DNA of 64,000 nucleotides, taken from positions 128,001 to 192,000 of the forward strand of contig CAVPSB010000010.1 in assembly GCA_963708025.1 (NCBI GenBank). Direction: 5' to 3'. The translations under genes and the position numbers were made by a program. Source of the DNA: an uncultured Candidatus Rokubacteria bacterium (GTDB lineage: Bacteria > Methylomirabilota > Methylomirabilia > Rokubacteriales > DASRDR01). Shown one piece after another: positions 50,408 through 61,124 of the stretch. The notes under the pieces were generated by a model. That model did no database searches, was not told the DNA's origin, and saw nothing but the letters and a program-made list of their open reading frames with translations. Every line of letters begins with the position of its first letter. Position 1 is the stretch's first letter.

Positions 50408-50917
50408 ATGGAAGGCCTCGGACGGTGGTTCGTCGGCATCGCGTTTCTTTGGGTGGCGATCATCCTGCTGTGGGGACTGGCGGTGGGCGTCGATCAGCCC
50501 TACGCCTGGTTCAAGTGGGCCAAGGATTCCAGCGGCTACGGCTGGATGAACCCGGTCTGGCTGGGCCTGGCCCTCTTCGTGGTGCCGATGGGCATGCTGG
50601 TGTTCCTGCGCGACATCATGGGGGATCCGGGGCCCTCCTGGGTCAAGTGGGCGGCGCCCGGGACCTTCCTGGCGGTCTACGCGTTCTTCCTCCTCAACGT
50701 CCTCCCGGACCAGGGCGGCTCGTCTCTTTACTTCGGGATCGAGTCGACGATCAACCCGGCGGTCGCGACGCCGACGGCGGGGCTGGGCACCGTCAGCACG
50801 ACGAGCTGGCTGGCGCGGGTGGGGCTCACCATCGCCGTCCTCGGCGGGGTGCCGGCAGTCATCGGCGCCGTTGTCGGGATGATGGGGGGCTCCAAATCTG
50901 GGGCCCGCCGCCGTTGA
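50408..50917 (+). CDS. Hypothetical membrane protein (about 4 TM segments)
   Basis: AAGGAGG RBS, host-like codon usage, four hydrophobic stretches. Confidence 0.75.
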   Translation: MEGLGRWFVGIAFLWVAIILLWGLAVGVDQPYAWFKWAKDSSGYGWMNPVWLGLALFVVPMGMLVFLRDIMGDPGPSWVKWAAPGTFLAVYAFFLLNVLPDQGGSSLYFGIESTINPAVATPTAGLGTVSTTSWLARVGLTIAVLGGVPAVIGAVVGMMGGSKSGARRR

Positions 50918-50918
50918 C

Positions 50919-51044
50919 CGTCGCGGGGCGACACCCGTCGCCGCGGGTCGTCCTCGGGCCGGGCCGGTCCTCGGCGTATGCGGCATACGCCTCCGGCCGG
51001 CCCGGCCCTGCGTCCTACCGCGGCTCGGGTCTCGCCCCGCGACG
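50919..51044 (+). repeat. Family A element, copy 8 (most diverged stems, same fold)
   Basis: cgtcgcggggcgacacccg/cgggtctcgccccgcgacg outer stem with the invariant gtcgtcctc / tgcgtccta loop. Confidence 0.9.
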
Positions 51045-51136
51045 AGCGACTCGAGCCCCGACGCGCGACAGGGTAGACAGACGGACGCTTGGCACGGGCG
51101 TGTGGCCCTTGGAGCAGGTCAGAGGGGAGTAAGTCG

Positions 51137-54100
51137 GTGAGCGAGGGGAAGGCGCCGCGCGCGGACTTCGTCCATCTCCACGTGCACTCGGAGTACAGCC
51201 TGCTCGATGGGGCAGCCCATCTCAAGCGCCTCGTCGAGCGGGCGGCCCAGCTCGGCTTCCCGGCCCTCGCGCTGACGGACCACGGGAACCTCTTCGGGGC
51301 CATGGACTTCTACCAGCTCGCCCACGCCGCCGGTGTCAAGCCCATCCTCGGCGCCGAGCTCTACGTGGCGCCGGGGAGCCGGACGGACCGGGCGCCCCTC
51401 GACGGGCAGTACGAGGGCGCCAACCACGTGACGGTGCTGGTCCGGAACCTCGCCGGCTACCGGAACCTGATCAAGCTGGTCTCGAAGGGGTACCTGGAGG
51501 GCTTCTACTACAAGCCGCGGGTCGACAAGCCGCTCCTGGCCGAGCACGCCGACGGGCTCCTCGTCCTCTCCGGGTGTCTCAACTCCGAGATCTCGCGACT
51601 TCTGCTGGCCGGGGACCGGCGGAAGGCCCGGGACATCGCAGGCTGGTACCGCGAGGTCTTCGGGCGCGACCACTACTTCATGGAAGTGCAGGCCCACGGG
51701 CTGCCGGACCAGATCCGGGTGACGGAGGGCACGCTCGGGATCGCCGAGACCCTCGGCGTCGGCCTGGTCGGGACGAACGACTCGCACTACCTGGAGGCCG
51801 CCGACGCCCGCGCCCACGAGGTCCTGCTGTGCCTCCAGACCGGGGCCAAGCTCTCCGACCCGACCCGGTGGCGTTTCTCCACCGAGGAGTTCTACCTGAA
51901 GTCGGCCGAGGAGATGCGGAAGGTCTTCGCCGAGCTGCCCGAGGCCTACGCGAACACGCTCGCCGTCGCCGAGCAGTGCGACCTCAAGCTCGCGTTCGGG
52001 CAGTTCCACCTGCCGCGATACGAGGTGCCCGCCGGGCACACCCTGGACAGCTACCTGCGGGAGCTGGCGGAGGTCGGGCTCCGCCAGCGCTACCCGGAGG
52101 CAGCGCCTGATGTGCGCGAGCGGCTCGAGTACGAGTTGCGGGTCATCCGGGAGATGCAGTTCTCGGGCTACTTCCTGGTCGTGTGGGACTTCATCAAGTA
52201 CGCGAAGGACCGGGGGATCGCCGTGGGCCCCGGCCGGGGCTCGGCGGCGGCGTCGCTGGTGGCGTACTGCCTGGGGATCACGACGGTCGACCCGCTGCGC
52301 TACGGCCTGGTATTCGAGCGGTTCCTGAACCCCGGCCGCAAGTCGATGCCCGACATGGACATCGACTTCGCGGACGACCGCCGGGACGAGGTGATCCGCT
52401 ACGTCGAGCAGAAATACGGGCGCGACCGGGTCGCCCAGATCATCACCTTCAACGTGCTCAAGGCCAAGGCGGTGATCCGGGACGTGGGGCGGGTCCTCGG
52501 GATGCCGTTCGGCGACGTCGACCGGATCGCCAAGCTGGTGCCGGAGACCCTGAACATCACCCTCGACGAGGCCCTCCGGCAGTCGCCACCGCTGGCCGAG
52601 ACGGTCAAGACCCGGCCCGAGGTCGGGGAGCTGTGGCAGATCGCCAAGCGGCTGGAGGGGCTCTCGCGCCACGCCGGCAAGCACGCTGCCGGCGTGGTGA
52701 TCTCGGACGAGCCGCTGATCGAGCACGTCCCGCTCTACCGGGACCCGAAGGGCGAGGAGATCATCACCCAGTACCCGATGGGTCCGATCGAGAAGCTCGG
52801 GCTCCTGAAGATGGACTTTCTCGGGCTCCGCACCCTGACCGTGCTCGCCAACACGGTCCAGCTCGTCGCGGAGAGCCGGGGCCTGCACCTGGATCTCGAG
52901 CGGCTGCCCTTCGACGACGCCCGGACCTACCAGCTCCTCTCCGAGGCCCGGACCTTCGGGGTGTTCCAGCTCGAATCGGCCGGGATGCGGGACGCGCTCC
53001 GCCAGCTCCGGCCGGAGCGCCTCGAGGACGTCATCGCCATGGTCGCCCTCTACCGGCCGGGGCCCATGCAGATGATTCCCGACTTCACGGCGCGCCGCCA
53101 CGGTCGCGTCAAGCCCACCTATGAGCACCCGGTGATGGAAAAGCACCTGCAGGAGACCTACGGGATCATGGTCTACCAGGAGCAGGTGCTCCGGATCGCG
53201 TCGGACATGGCCGGCTTCTCGATGAGCGAGGCCGACGACCTGCGCAAGGCCATGGGCAAGAAGATCGCCGCGCTCATGGGCGAGCAGCGCGCGAAGTTCC
53301 TGGCCGGAGCCAAGACCCGTGGCGTCAAGGAGAAGGTGGCCCAGCGCGTGTTCGAGTTGATGGAGAAGTTCGCGGGCTACGGCTTCAACAAGGCCCACGC
53401 CTCGGCCTACGGGATCGTCGCCTACCAGACCGCGTACCTGAAGGCCAACTACCCGGTGGAGTTCATGGCCGCCCTCCTGACCTCCGAGATGGCCAACACC
53501 GACAAGGTGGTGGTGCACATCGAGGAGTGCCGGGCGATGGGCCTCGAGGTCCGGCCGCCCGACGTCAACGTCTCGGGCCTCCGCTTCGGGGTGACCGGCG
53601 GCACCATCCGCTTCGGGCTCGGCGCCATCAAGAACGTGGGGGAGAAGGCGATCGAGTCCATCGTGACTTCCCGTGAGCGGGAGGGGTCCTTCAGCTCGCT
53701 GGCCGACTTCTGCCGCCGGGTTGACCTCCAGCTCGTGAACCGCCGGGTCGTGGAGAGCCTCGTCAAGGCCGGCGCCTTCGACTCGCTGGGATTGGCTCGC
53801 GCCCAGCTCATCGCGGGGCTCGACGGCGCGCTCGAGGAGGGCCAGCGGAGCCAGCGGGAGCGCGAGCAGGGGCAGGCGTCGATCTTCGACCTGCTGGGGG
53901 GAGACGGCGCGGCGCCGCCGGTGGCGACGGCGCCGGCCGAGCCGCCGGTGCCGGAGTGGGACCTGGACACGCTCCTCCTGAACGAGAAGGAAGTCCTCGG
54001 CTTCTACCTCTCCGGCCATCCGCTGAAAGGCATCTGGGCCCAGGCCCAGCGGCTCGGCGCCATCGGCATCGCGGACCTGGCCAGCCGGGAGGACGGCGCC

Positions 54101-54588
54101 CGCGTCCTCCTGTGCGGCCTGGTCGCCGCCGTGCGAGAGATCAACACCAAGAACGGCGACCGCATGGCCTTCGCGACCCTGGAGGACATGGACGGCGCCG
54201 TCGAGCTCACCGTCTTTCCCGAGACCTTCCGGCAGAGCGGCACCCACCTCAAGAGCGGGGTACCGCTCCTGGTGCGGGGCAAGGTCGAGGGGAGCGTGAC
54301 CGCCCGGAAGCTCCTGGCCGAGGACATCCGGCCGCTGGGGGAGGCTGACAGCGCGGCGCCGCTCCCGTCGAGCTGCCGCATCCGGGTCGGCGGGCCGGCC
54401 GCCAGCGAGGCGCTCCGGAGTCTGCGGGCCCTCTGCGCCGCGCATGCCGGCCCCGTCCCCCTGTTCGTCCACGTCGAGGTCGACGGCGCCGAGGTCGTGG
54501 TCCGCTCGCGGGCCGTCACCGTCCGTCCCTCGGCCGCATTCGTGGCGGCGGTGGAGGGTCTCCTCGGGAGCCGGACCGTCCGGCTGGA

Positions 54589-54592
<4 letters not shown>
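51137..54592 (+). CDS. dnaE: DNA polymerase III alpha subunit
   Basis: FVHLHVHSEYSLLDG PHP domain, GPGRGSAA, MPDMDIDF, LKMDFLGL, YGFNKAH. Confidence 0.98.
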
Positions 54593-55548
<956 letters not shown>

Positions 55549-55552
55549 AAGA

Positions 55553-55620
55553 CTTCCGGGGGGTCTCGGAAGACCTCCCCGACGCCCCCCTCGGTTGCGG
55601 CGGCGAAGCCGCCGCACGGA
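55553..55620 (+). repeat. Family C element behind the accA stop
   Basis: ccggggggtctcggaagacctccccgacgcccccctcggttgcggcggcgaagccgccgc. Confidence 0.88.
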
Positions 55621-55692
55621 CGCTCTGCACGGATCACCCCGCACTGACCGCGAGGCGCCGTTGCTCCAAACGGCCTGCCGCGGGCGGGCTCG

Positions 55693-56748
55693 TCAGGATC
55701 GGGCGGAGGGGCGGCCGTCCGGTCCGGCCGCGGCCAGCAGCGCCGTCGCCGTCTCCTCGTCGGTCACCAGCACGTTCGCGAACCGGCCGCGCATCGCGCC
55801 GAGGATGGCCTCCCGCTTGTCCGGCCCGCCGGCCACGGCGATCACCAGCTTCCCGTATTCGGCCGACAGCTCGCGAAGGCGGCCCGGGGGGACCCCGAGC
55901 ACCCGCTGGGTCAGCGGCCGGAGCGCCGCCCGGTTGACGAGGACGCCCTGCCGGTCGTAGGGGTGATAGTTGATCTCGCCGACCACGCCCAGGGCCCGCA
56001 GCCGCCGCACGCTGACCCCGTGGAAGGCGGCCAGCGAGCAGAAGCCGGCGGTGGCCTCGCCGATGAGGCCGATGCCGACCAGGGCGATGTCCACGTCGTT
56101 GGCCCCCTCGTAGATCCGCCGGACCTCCCCCTTCCGGAGGAGGCGCCGCCGCTCGCGCTGGATCTCGGCCAGGGAGCCCAGGACCTGCACGGGCAGGGCG
56201 TAGGCCCGGACGTGGGGGCGATACTTGGCGGCCATCATGCCGACCAGCGTGTTGGGGAAGAGATCGACGAGTTGGAGCGTGCTCTCGGCCGAGAGGGGGT
56301 AGAGCGTGAGGTCGCGGAACCGTCGCTCGCGGAGCGCGCGGATCAGGCAGTAGAGGGTGTAGCCGCACGAGAGGCCGACCCGAACGCCGTCGGCGGCCAC
56401 CTTCTCGAAGTAGCGGGCGGCCGCCACTCCCAGGTCCTCCTTCAGGTCCCGGGTCTCGCCGGTGGGGATCACCACGGCGTCCCGGAGCTGGAAGCGCTCG
56501 ACCAGCGCCGCTTCCAGGCGCGGGCGCTTGGGCAGCTCGATCTCGACGCGGACCACCCCCTCGGCGAAGGCCCGCTTGAGGAGCCGCGAGACCTTGGACG
56601 AGGACATGCCCAGCTCGCGCGCGATCTCGTTCTGGTGGCGCTGAGCCCGGTAGTAGAGCTGGACGCAGCGGACCATCTGTCGGAGCTCGTCCTGTCCGGC
56701 GCCCTCGCGTCCCGGCATCGCCGCCTCCCGGGTGTTCCCCTGGCTCAT
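55693..56748 (-). CDS. SorC/DeoR (LsrR/CggR-like) sugar-phosphate-binding transcriptional regulator
   Basis: LYY....QNEIARELGMS..KVSRLL HTH, GLSCG.TL, DIALVGIG, IAVAGG..K..AILGA, LVTDE.TA. Confidence 0.92.
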   Translation of the reverse strand: MSQGNTREAAMPGREGAGQDELRQMVRCVQLYYRAQRHQNEIARELGMSSSKVSRLLKRAFAEGVVRVEIELPKRPRLEAALVERFQLRDAVVIPTGETRDLKEDLGVAAARYFEKVAADGVRVGLSCGYTLYCLIRALRERRFRDLTLYPLSAESTLQLVDLFPNTLVGMMAAKYRPHVRAYALPVQVLGSLAEIQRERRRLLRKGEVRRIYEGANDVDIALVGIGLIGEATAGFCSLAAFHGVSVRRLRALGVVGEINYHPYDRQGVLVNRAALRPLTQRVLGVPPGRLRELSAEYGKLVIAVAGGPDKREAILGAMRGRFANVLVTDEETATALLAAAGPDGRPSARS

Positions 56749-56809
56749 GCAAGAAATTGCACGGCCCGCCGTTTTTGGCTTGACACGTCAGATTCTAGCA
56801 GGCTAGGGT
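56748..56809. promoter_or_regulatory. Overlapping divergent promoters and candidate operator
   Basis: + strand TTGACA (56780-56785), 18 bp, TAGGGT; - strand TG-c-TAGAAT (56797-56792); palindrome TGCAA-gaaa-TTGCA at 56748-56761. Confidence 0.6.
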
Positions 56810-56890
56810 AAAACCATCACGATTTTCGTCCGGCGCCGGCGGGCCCAGATGCGCGGGCCGCCCCACCCCTTGCCAAGGAGGCTGACTGCA

Positions 56891-58372
56891 ATGGCGCAGA
56901 AACGGTACGGGTCCGGCGGGAGCGGGCGGCGCATTGCGCTCGTCGAGTACCACCAGTCGCGCGAGAACCTGAGCGAGTTCCCCCCCACCACCGCCGAGAA
57001 GATTCCCGTCACCAACACCCCGAACATCTTCTCCTACAAGTCCCACGTCTTCGCCCGGAAGCCCGAGCTGATCCAGCGCTTCGTCAAGGCCACCAAGGCC
57101 GACGTCGGCGGCGTCGGCGGCCACGTCGTCGCCGCGGAAGAGGTCAAGGGGGTGGTCGCCAAGTTCGTGCTCGAGAACAACGGCTACCACGGCGAGCCCA
57201 TCTTCACCTCGCTCATGGTGACCCACACCGGAGACGACGTCGCGGTTACCGGGATCATGTCCGAGCTGGTCCCGATGGAGGTCGTGGACGAGCTGTTGTG
57301 GGACGCGCTGTCGGAGGGCGCGACCAAGGCGTCCGAGCTCGGCCTCTACGGCCCGGGGCAGGACCTCATCGCGGACGCATTCACCGGTAACCTGCGCGGA
57401 ACCGGGCCGGCCAGCATCGTGCTGCCCCTGCCGGTGCGGCCGGAGAACCCGTCCCAGACGGTCGTGGCGTCCTTCGCCGACAAGACCGAGCCGATGGCGT
57501 ACAACTACTACGCCACCGGCGCCTATTTGTTGCCCCGCTTCAACACCGGGCTGGTGATCGCGTCATCGAAGATGAAGCGTGGCTACGTGTTCGAGATCGT
57601 GGACCTCGACACCAAGGCCCAGGCCATCGAGGCCGGCGCCCATCCCAAAGACCAGCGCGCCCTGGACGGTAAGATGGAGGAGCTGTCCAAGGGGCTGCAG
57701 GAGAAGGTGATCACGCTGCGGGCTCCCGAGGATCTCTACGACATCGAGGGCCTCACGCGCTCCTCCCGGTTCGTGGTGGCGCGCATCTGGACCCGGGACG
57801 ACGGCGACGAGAAGGGTCAGCTCGGGTACGTCGTCTCGGCGGAGCGGCTCCACAACATCAAGAGCAAGAAGGGGTTCACTTACGGCGGCAAGGACGACCC
57901 GGTGCTCCTGGCCTTCGCCCAGGGCGACTGGCCAGCGCCCGGCGAGCTGACCTCGCCGTGGGCGGCCTGCCCGATGGTGGCCGGGGACTGCCGGGGGAGC
58001 CACAACCTCCACATCCTGCCGGTCCCGATCAACTGGCAGACCTCCTACTGGTCGGGCCCCATCGTCTCCTGTCTCACCCTGTCGGTGAACCTGAACGCCG
58101 GGCGGATCGGGGCGATCTCCGACCAGTTCGCCCTCGGGACCCCCTGGGACGGGATCCGCCAGAAGGCCGGCGAGCTCGCCGTGCAGTTCCGCTCGGCCCA
58201 CGGCATCAAGCAGCCGGCCACGCTCCACGAGGACGAACTGGAGTACCAGGAGGGCTGGAAGGAGCGGCGCGGCCGGCTGGAGAGCCAGTTCGAGCTGAAG
58301 CCGCCACTGGTCTGGAACGGCAACGGCAAGAAGGGACGCGAACGCGCGACCCGACCGGCGGTGCGGACCTGA
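56891..58372 (+). CDS. Fructose-1,6-bisphosphate aldolase/phosphatase (class V FBPase) family, extended and divergent
   Basis: KADVGGVGGH, GDD, GLYG.GQDL..DAF.GN.RG.GP, ADKTEP, FNTGL, ERL, YGGKDDP, RGSH, PATL...ELEY; AAGGAGG RBS. Confidence 0.87.
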   Translation: MAQKRYGSGGSGRRIALVEYHQSRENLSEFPPTTAEKIPVTNTPNIFSYKSHVFARKPELIQRFVKATKADVGGVGGHVVAAEEVKGVVAKFVLENNGYHGEPIFTSLMVTHTGDDVAVTGIMSELVPMEVVDELLWDALSEGATKASELGLYGPGQDLIADAFTGNLRGTGPASIVLPLPVRPENPSQTVVASFADKTEPMAYNYYATGAYLLPRFNTGLVIASSKMKRGYVFEIVDLDTKAQAIEAGAHPKDQRALDGKMEELSKGLQEKVITLRAPEDLYDIEGLTRSSRFVVARIWTRDDGDEKGQLGYVVSAERLHNIKSKKGFTYGGKDDPVLLAFAQGDWPAPGELTSPWAACPMVAGDCRGSHNLHILPVPINWQTSYWSGPIVSCLTLSVNLNAGRIGAISDQFALGTPWDGIRQKAGELAVQFRSAHGIKQPATLHEDELEYQEGWKERRGRLESQFELKPPLVWNGNGKKGRERATRPAVRT

Positions 58373-58399
58373 CCCGTCGAGCACCCCGCGGGGGCGACC

Positions 58400-58434
58400 G
58401 ATTCCCCTGGCGCCGGGGGCGGGCCAGGGGAATC
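58400..58434 (+). terminator. Hairpin after the FBP aldolase/phosphatase gene
   Basis: gattcccctggc / gccaggggaatc 12-bp perfect stem; no U-tract. Confidence 0.45.
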
Positions 58435-58466
58435 ACCCGTTCCCCGACCGTTGTCGGGCCGTTCGA

Positions 58467-58496
58467 TTGACAACGCTGGGGGCCGGATGGTAGTGT
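58467..58496 (+). promoter_or_regulatory. Sigma70-type promoter
   Basis: TTGACA, 18 bp, TG-g-TAGTGT. Confidence 0.6.
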
Positions 58497-58623
58497 GAGG
58501 GCGTTACGCGAAACCGCTCGAATCCTATGCCAAATTCCGTACAGACGTGCGCGAGCACCGGGGATCCCGAATGGCGAGGGACATCGGCGCGCGGAGAGAG
58601 GTCACCGGGCCTAGGAGGGGACG

Positions 58624-59112
58624 ATGTGGGTTGAGATGAAGGTGCGCGGACTCGCCCTCGACCCGGTGTCGAACATGCCGATCATCATCCTGCGGGACGA
58701 GGAGGAGAAGCGCTCGCTCCCCATCTGGGTCGGCATCTTCGAGGCCAACGCCATCGCCCTCGAGCTCGAGAAGATCACCACGCCCCGCCCGATGACCCAC
58801 GACCTCATCAAGAACATCGTCGAGTCCGTGGACGCGAAGGTCGAAAAGATCGTCGTCAACGACCTGCGCGACAACACGTTCTTCGCCCTCATCCATCTCC
58901 GCCTCGGCGAGGAGGAGATTACGGTGGACTCCCGCCCGTCCGACGCCATCGCGCTGGCGCTGCGCGTCGGGGCGCCCATCTTCGTGGATGACGACGTCGT
59001 GCGGCGCGCCAAGAGCGTCGAAGTGGCGCCCAAGGAGTCGGACGACCAGGAGAAGCTCAAGGAGTGGCTCGAGAACCTCAAGCCGGAGGATTTCGGCAAG
59101 TACAAGATGTAG
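58624..59112 (+). CDS. Bifunctional nuclease family protein (DUF151)
   Basis: [38 protein letters not shown]. Confidence 0.94.
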   Translation: MWVEMKVRGLALDPVSNMPIIILRDEEEKRSLPIWVGIFEANAIALELEKITTPRPMTHDLIKNIVESVDAKVEKIVVNDLRDNTFFALIHLRLGEEEITVDSRPSDAIALALRVGAPIFVDDDVVRRAKSVEVAPKESDDQEKLKEWLENLKPEDFGKYKM

Positions 59113-59132
59113 CCGGCGCCGGCACTCGCCCC

Positions 59133-60278
59133 GTGCGCGTCGGCCTCTTCACCAACAACTACCTCCCCATGCTCGGGGGCGTCGCCCGGGCCGTCGAGAC
59201 CATGCGGGCGACCCTCGAGGCTCTCGGCCACCAGGTCGTCGTCATCGCGCCCCGCATGGCGGGCGCCGTCGCCACGCCCGGGGTCCTCCGGGTGCCGGCG
59301 GTGCCGGCGCCGACCTACCCCGACTTCGCGCTGCCGCTCCCGCTGTCGCCCGGCTGGGTCCGGCGGATCGCGGCGCTCGAGCTCGACGTCTTCCACGCCC
59401 AGCACCCCTTCCTGCTCGGCGGCGCCGCGCGCCGGCTGGCCCGGCGGCTCGGCCGGCCGCTCGTCTTCACCTACCACACGCTCTACGACAAGTACGCCCA
59501 CTACGTGCCGCTGCCCCGCCCGCTCGTGGCCCGGCAAGCGGTGCGCTGGAGCACGCGCTTCGCGAACCAGGCCGACCTCGTCATCGCCCCGTCCGCCGGG
59601 CTGGCGGAGCGGCTCCGGACGCAGGGCGTGCGGCGGCCGACGGTCGTGCTGCCCACCGGCGTGGACCTGGCCCGCTTCCGCCCCGGCGACGCGGCCTCGG
59701 CCCGCGCCGCCCTCGGCCTGCCGGCGGGCCCGCTGGCGCTGTACGTGGGCCGCCTGGATCGGGAGAAGAACCTGGGCTTTCTCCTCCAGGCCTTCGAGCG
59801 GATAGCGACCCGGCACCCCGGGATCGAGCTGGTGCTGGTCGGTCGCGGCACCCAGGAGGCGGCGCTTCGTCGCCAGGTCCGCCACCAGGCGGCCGGGCCC
59901 CGGGTTCGCTTCGCCGGGGGCATCGGCCTCGACGCGGTCGTCCGCTACTACCAGGCCGCCGACCTCTTCCTGTTCGCCTCGACCACGGAGACGCAGGGGC
60001 TGGCCGTCCTGGAGGCGATGGCCGTGGGGTTGCCGGTCGTCGCGGTGCGCGCCTCCGGCGTGGAGGAAGCGGTCGTGGATGGCGTGAGCGGGCTCCTCGT
60101 GCCCGAGGAGCCGGAGGCCTTCGCGGCCGCGGCCCTCGAGGTGTTAGGCGACGCCGGCCTCGCCGCCAAGCTCCGGTCGGGCGCCCGCGAGGCATCGCGG
60201 CTGGTCGCCGCGGCCCCGCTGGGCCGGCGGCTGGTGGCTCTCTACCGGGCGCTCGGCCCGGCGGCGAGACCGGCGTGA
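59133..60278 (+). CDS. GT4 glycosyltransferase (diacylglycerol glucosyltransferase-like)
   Basis: GLFTNNYLP..GGVA, HPFLLG, TYHT.Y..YAHY, VGRL..EKN, FAS.TETQGL.VLEAMA. Confidence 0.9.
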   Translation: MRVGLFTNNYLPMLGGVARAVETMRATLEALGHQVVVIAPRMAGAVATPGVLRVPAVPAPTYPDFALPLPLSPGWVRRIAALELDVFHAQHPFLLGGAARRLARRLGRPLVFTYHTLYDKYAHYVPLPRPLVARQAVRWSTRFANQADLVIAPSAGLAERLRTQGVRRPTVVLPTGVDLARFRPGDAASARAALGLPAGPLALYVGRLDREKNLGFLLQAFERIATRHPGIELVLVGRGTQEAALRRQVRHQAAGPRVRFAGGIGLDAVVRYYQAADLFLFASTTETQGLAVLEAMAVGLPVVAVRASGVEEAVVDGVSGLLVPEEPEAFAAAALEVLGDAGLAAKLRSGAREASRLVAAAPLGRRLVALYRALGPAARPA

Positions 60279-60526
60279 CTGCCGGATCCCGGGCGATCCG
60301 CGTGACGTTCCAGGACGACTGGGGGATGCCCGGGCACCGCGGCCTCCTCGACCTGGATCCGCGGGTGCGCACGCTCTGCCGGGTGCTCGTCTCCTATCCC
60401 GAGGTGCGCCACATCCTGCCCGATCGCGTGAGCGTGGACGCGGTGGCCTCGACCGAGACCCTGGACAGCATGTCGCGATTTCTCAGCCGGCAGCGCTGGC
60501 TGGTCCGCGAGGTGGCCGTCGAGTGA
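60275..60526 (+). CDS. Small hypothetical protein (83 aa)
   Basis: GTGA overlap with the upstream stop; host-like codon usage. Confidence 0.65.
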   Translation: MTAGSRAIRVTFQDDWGMPGHRGLLDLDPRVRTLCRVLVSYPEVRHILPDRVSVDAVASTETLDSMSRFLSRQRWLVREVAVE

Positions 60527-60527
60527 G

Positions 60528-60677
60528 ACACCCTGGGTCAACCTTCGGGTTGCTCTGGGCAGGCGCCGCCCATGAATCGCCCAGCGCCCCCCCTCCCCCC
60601 GGCCAAAGGCCGGAGGCCGTCCACTGGTGGGGAGGGGTCGCCAAAGGCCGAAGGCCGTCAATGGGTGGGGGTGGACC
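60528..60677 (+). mobile_element. Family B miniature element with 8-bp direct repeat CGAGTGAG
   Basis: acaccctgggtcaacc...gggtgggggtggacc flanked by cgagtgag at 60520-60527 and 60678-60685. Confidence 0.8.
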
Positions 60678-60680
60678 CGA

Positions 60681-61031
60681 GTGAGCCACGGCGAGAGCCT
60701 CGAGCGAACCGAGCAGGAGATTCGCCAGGCGAAGGCCGAGGCGCTGGGCCGGGCCGGCGAGCGGCTGGACGCGGTGCTCGCGCGCCTGGCCGCCTGGGAT
60801 CGGGACCTCGAGCGACTCTCGGCCGAGGCCGGCCTGGACCCCGGCCGGCAGGGGCAGGTCGCCCGGGAGACCGCGGCGCGCGACGGCCTGCGCGACGAGG
60901 CCGTGCGGCTCCGCCACACGCTCGTGATCCAGCGGGAGGCCATCGGGATCCGTCGGCACGGCCCGGTCGAGGAGCGCTATCCGATCCCACCGCGTCGGGC
61001 ATCAGGACGACAATCTACTGCAGGGAGTTAG
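60681..61031 (+). CDS. Small hypothetical helical protein
   Basis: E.EI..AKAEALGRAGERL...LVIQREAIGIR.H..VEE.YPIP; host-like codon usage. Confidence 0.65.
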   Translation: MSHGESLERTEQEIRQAKAEALGRAGERLDAVLARLAAWDRDLERLSAEAGLDPGRQGQVARETAARDGLRDEAVRLRHTLVIQREAIGIRRHGPVEERYPIPPRRASGRQSTAGS

Positions 61032-61124
61032 GATGGCTTGGCTGAGATCGGGCTCGAGATGCGATCCGGTCCGCCATCGGCGCGCCGCGTCCCGGACGCG
61101 CGTGGGGCCCCGCCGAGGGGGGCC

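Noticed and set aside
58527-58613. 28-codon ORF in the leader of the DUF151 gene
   Set aside because: Atypical codon usage, no RBS and no recognisable motif
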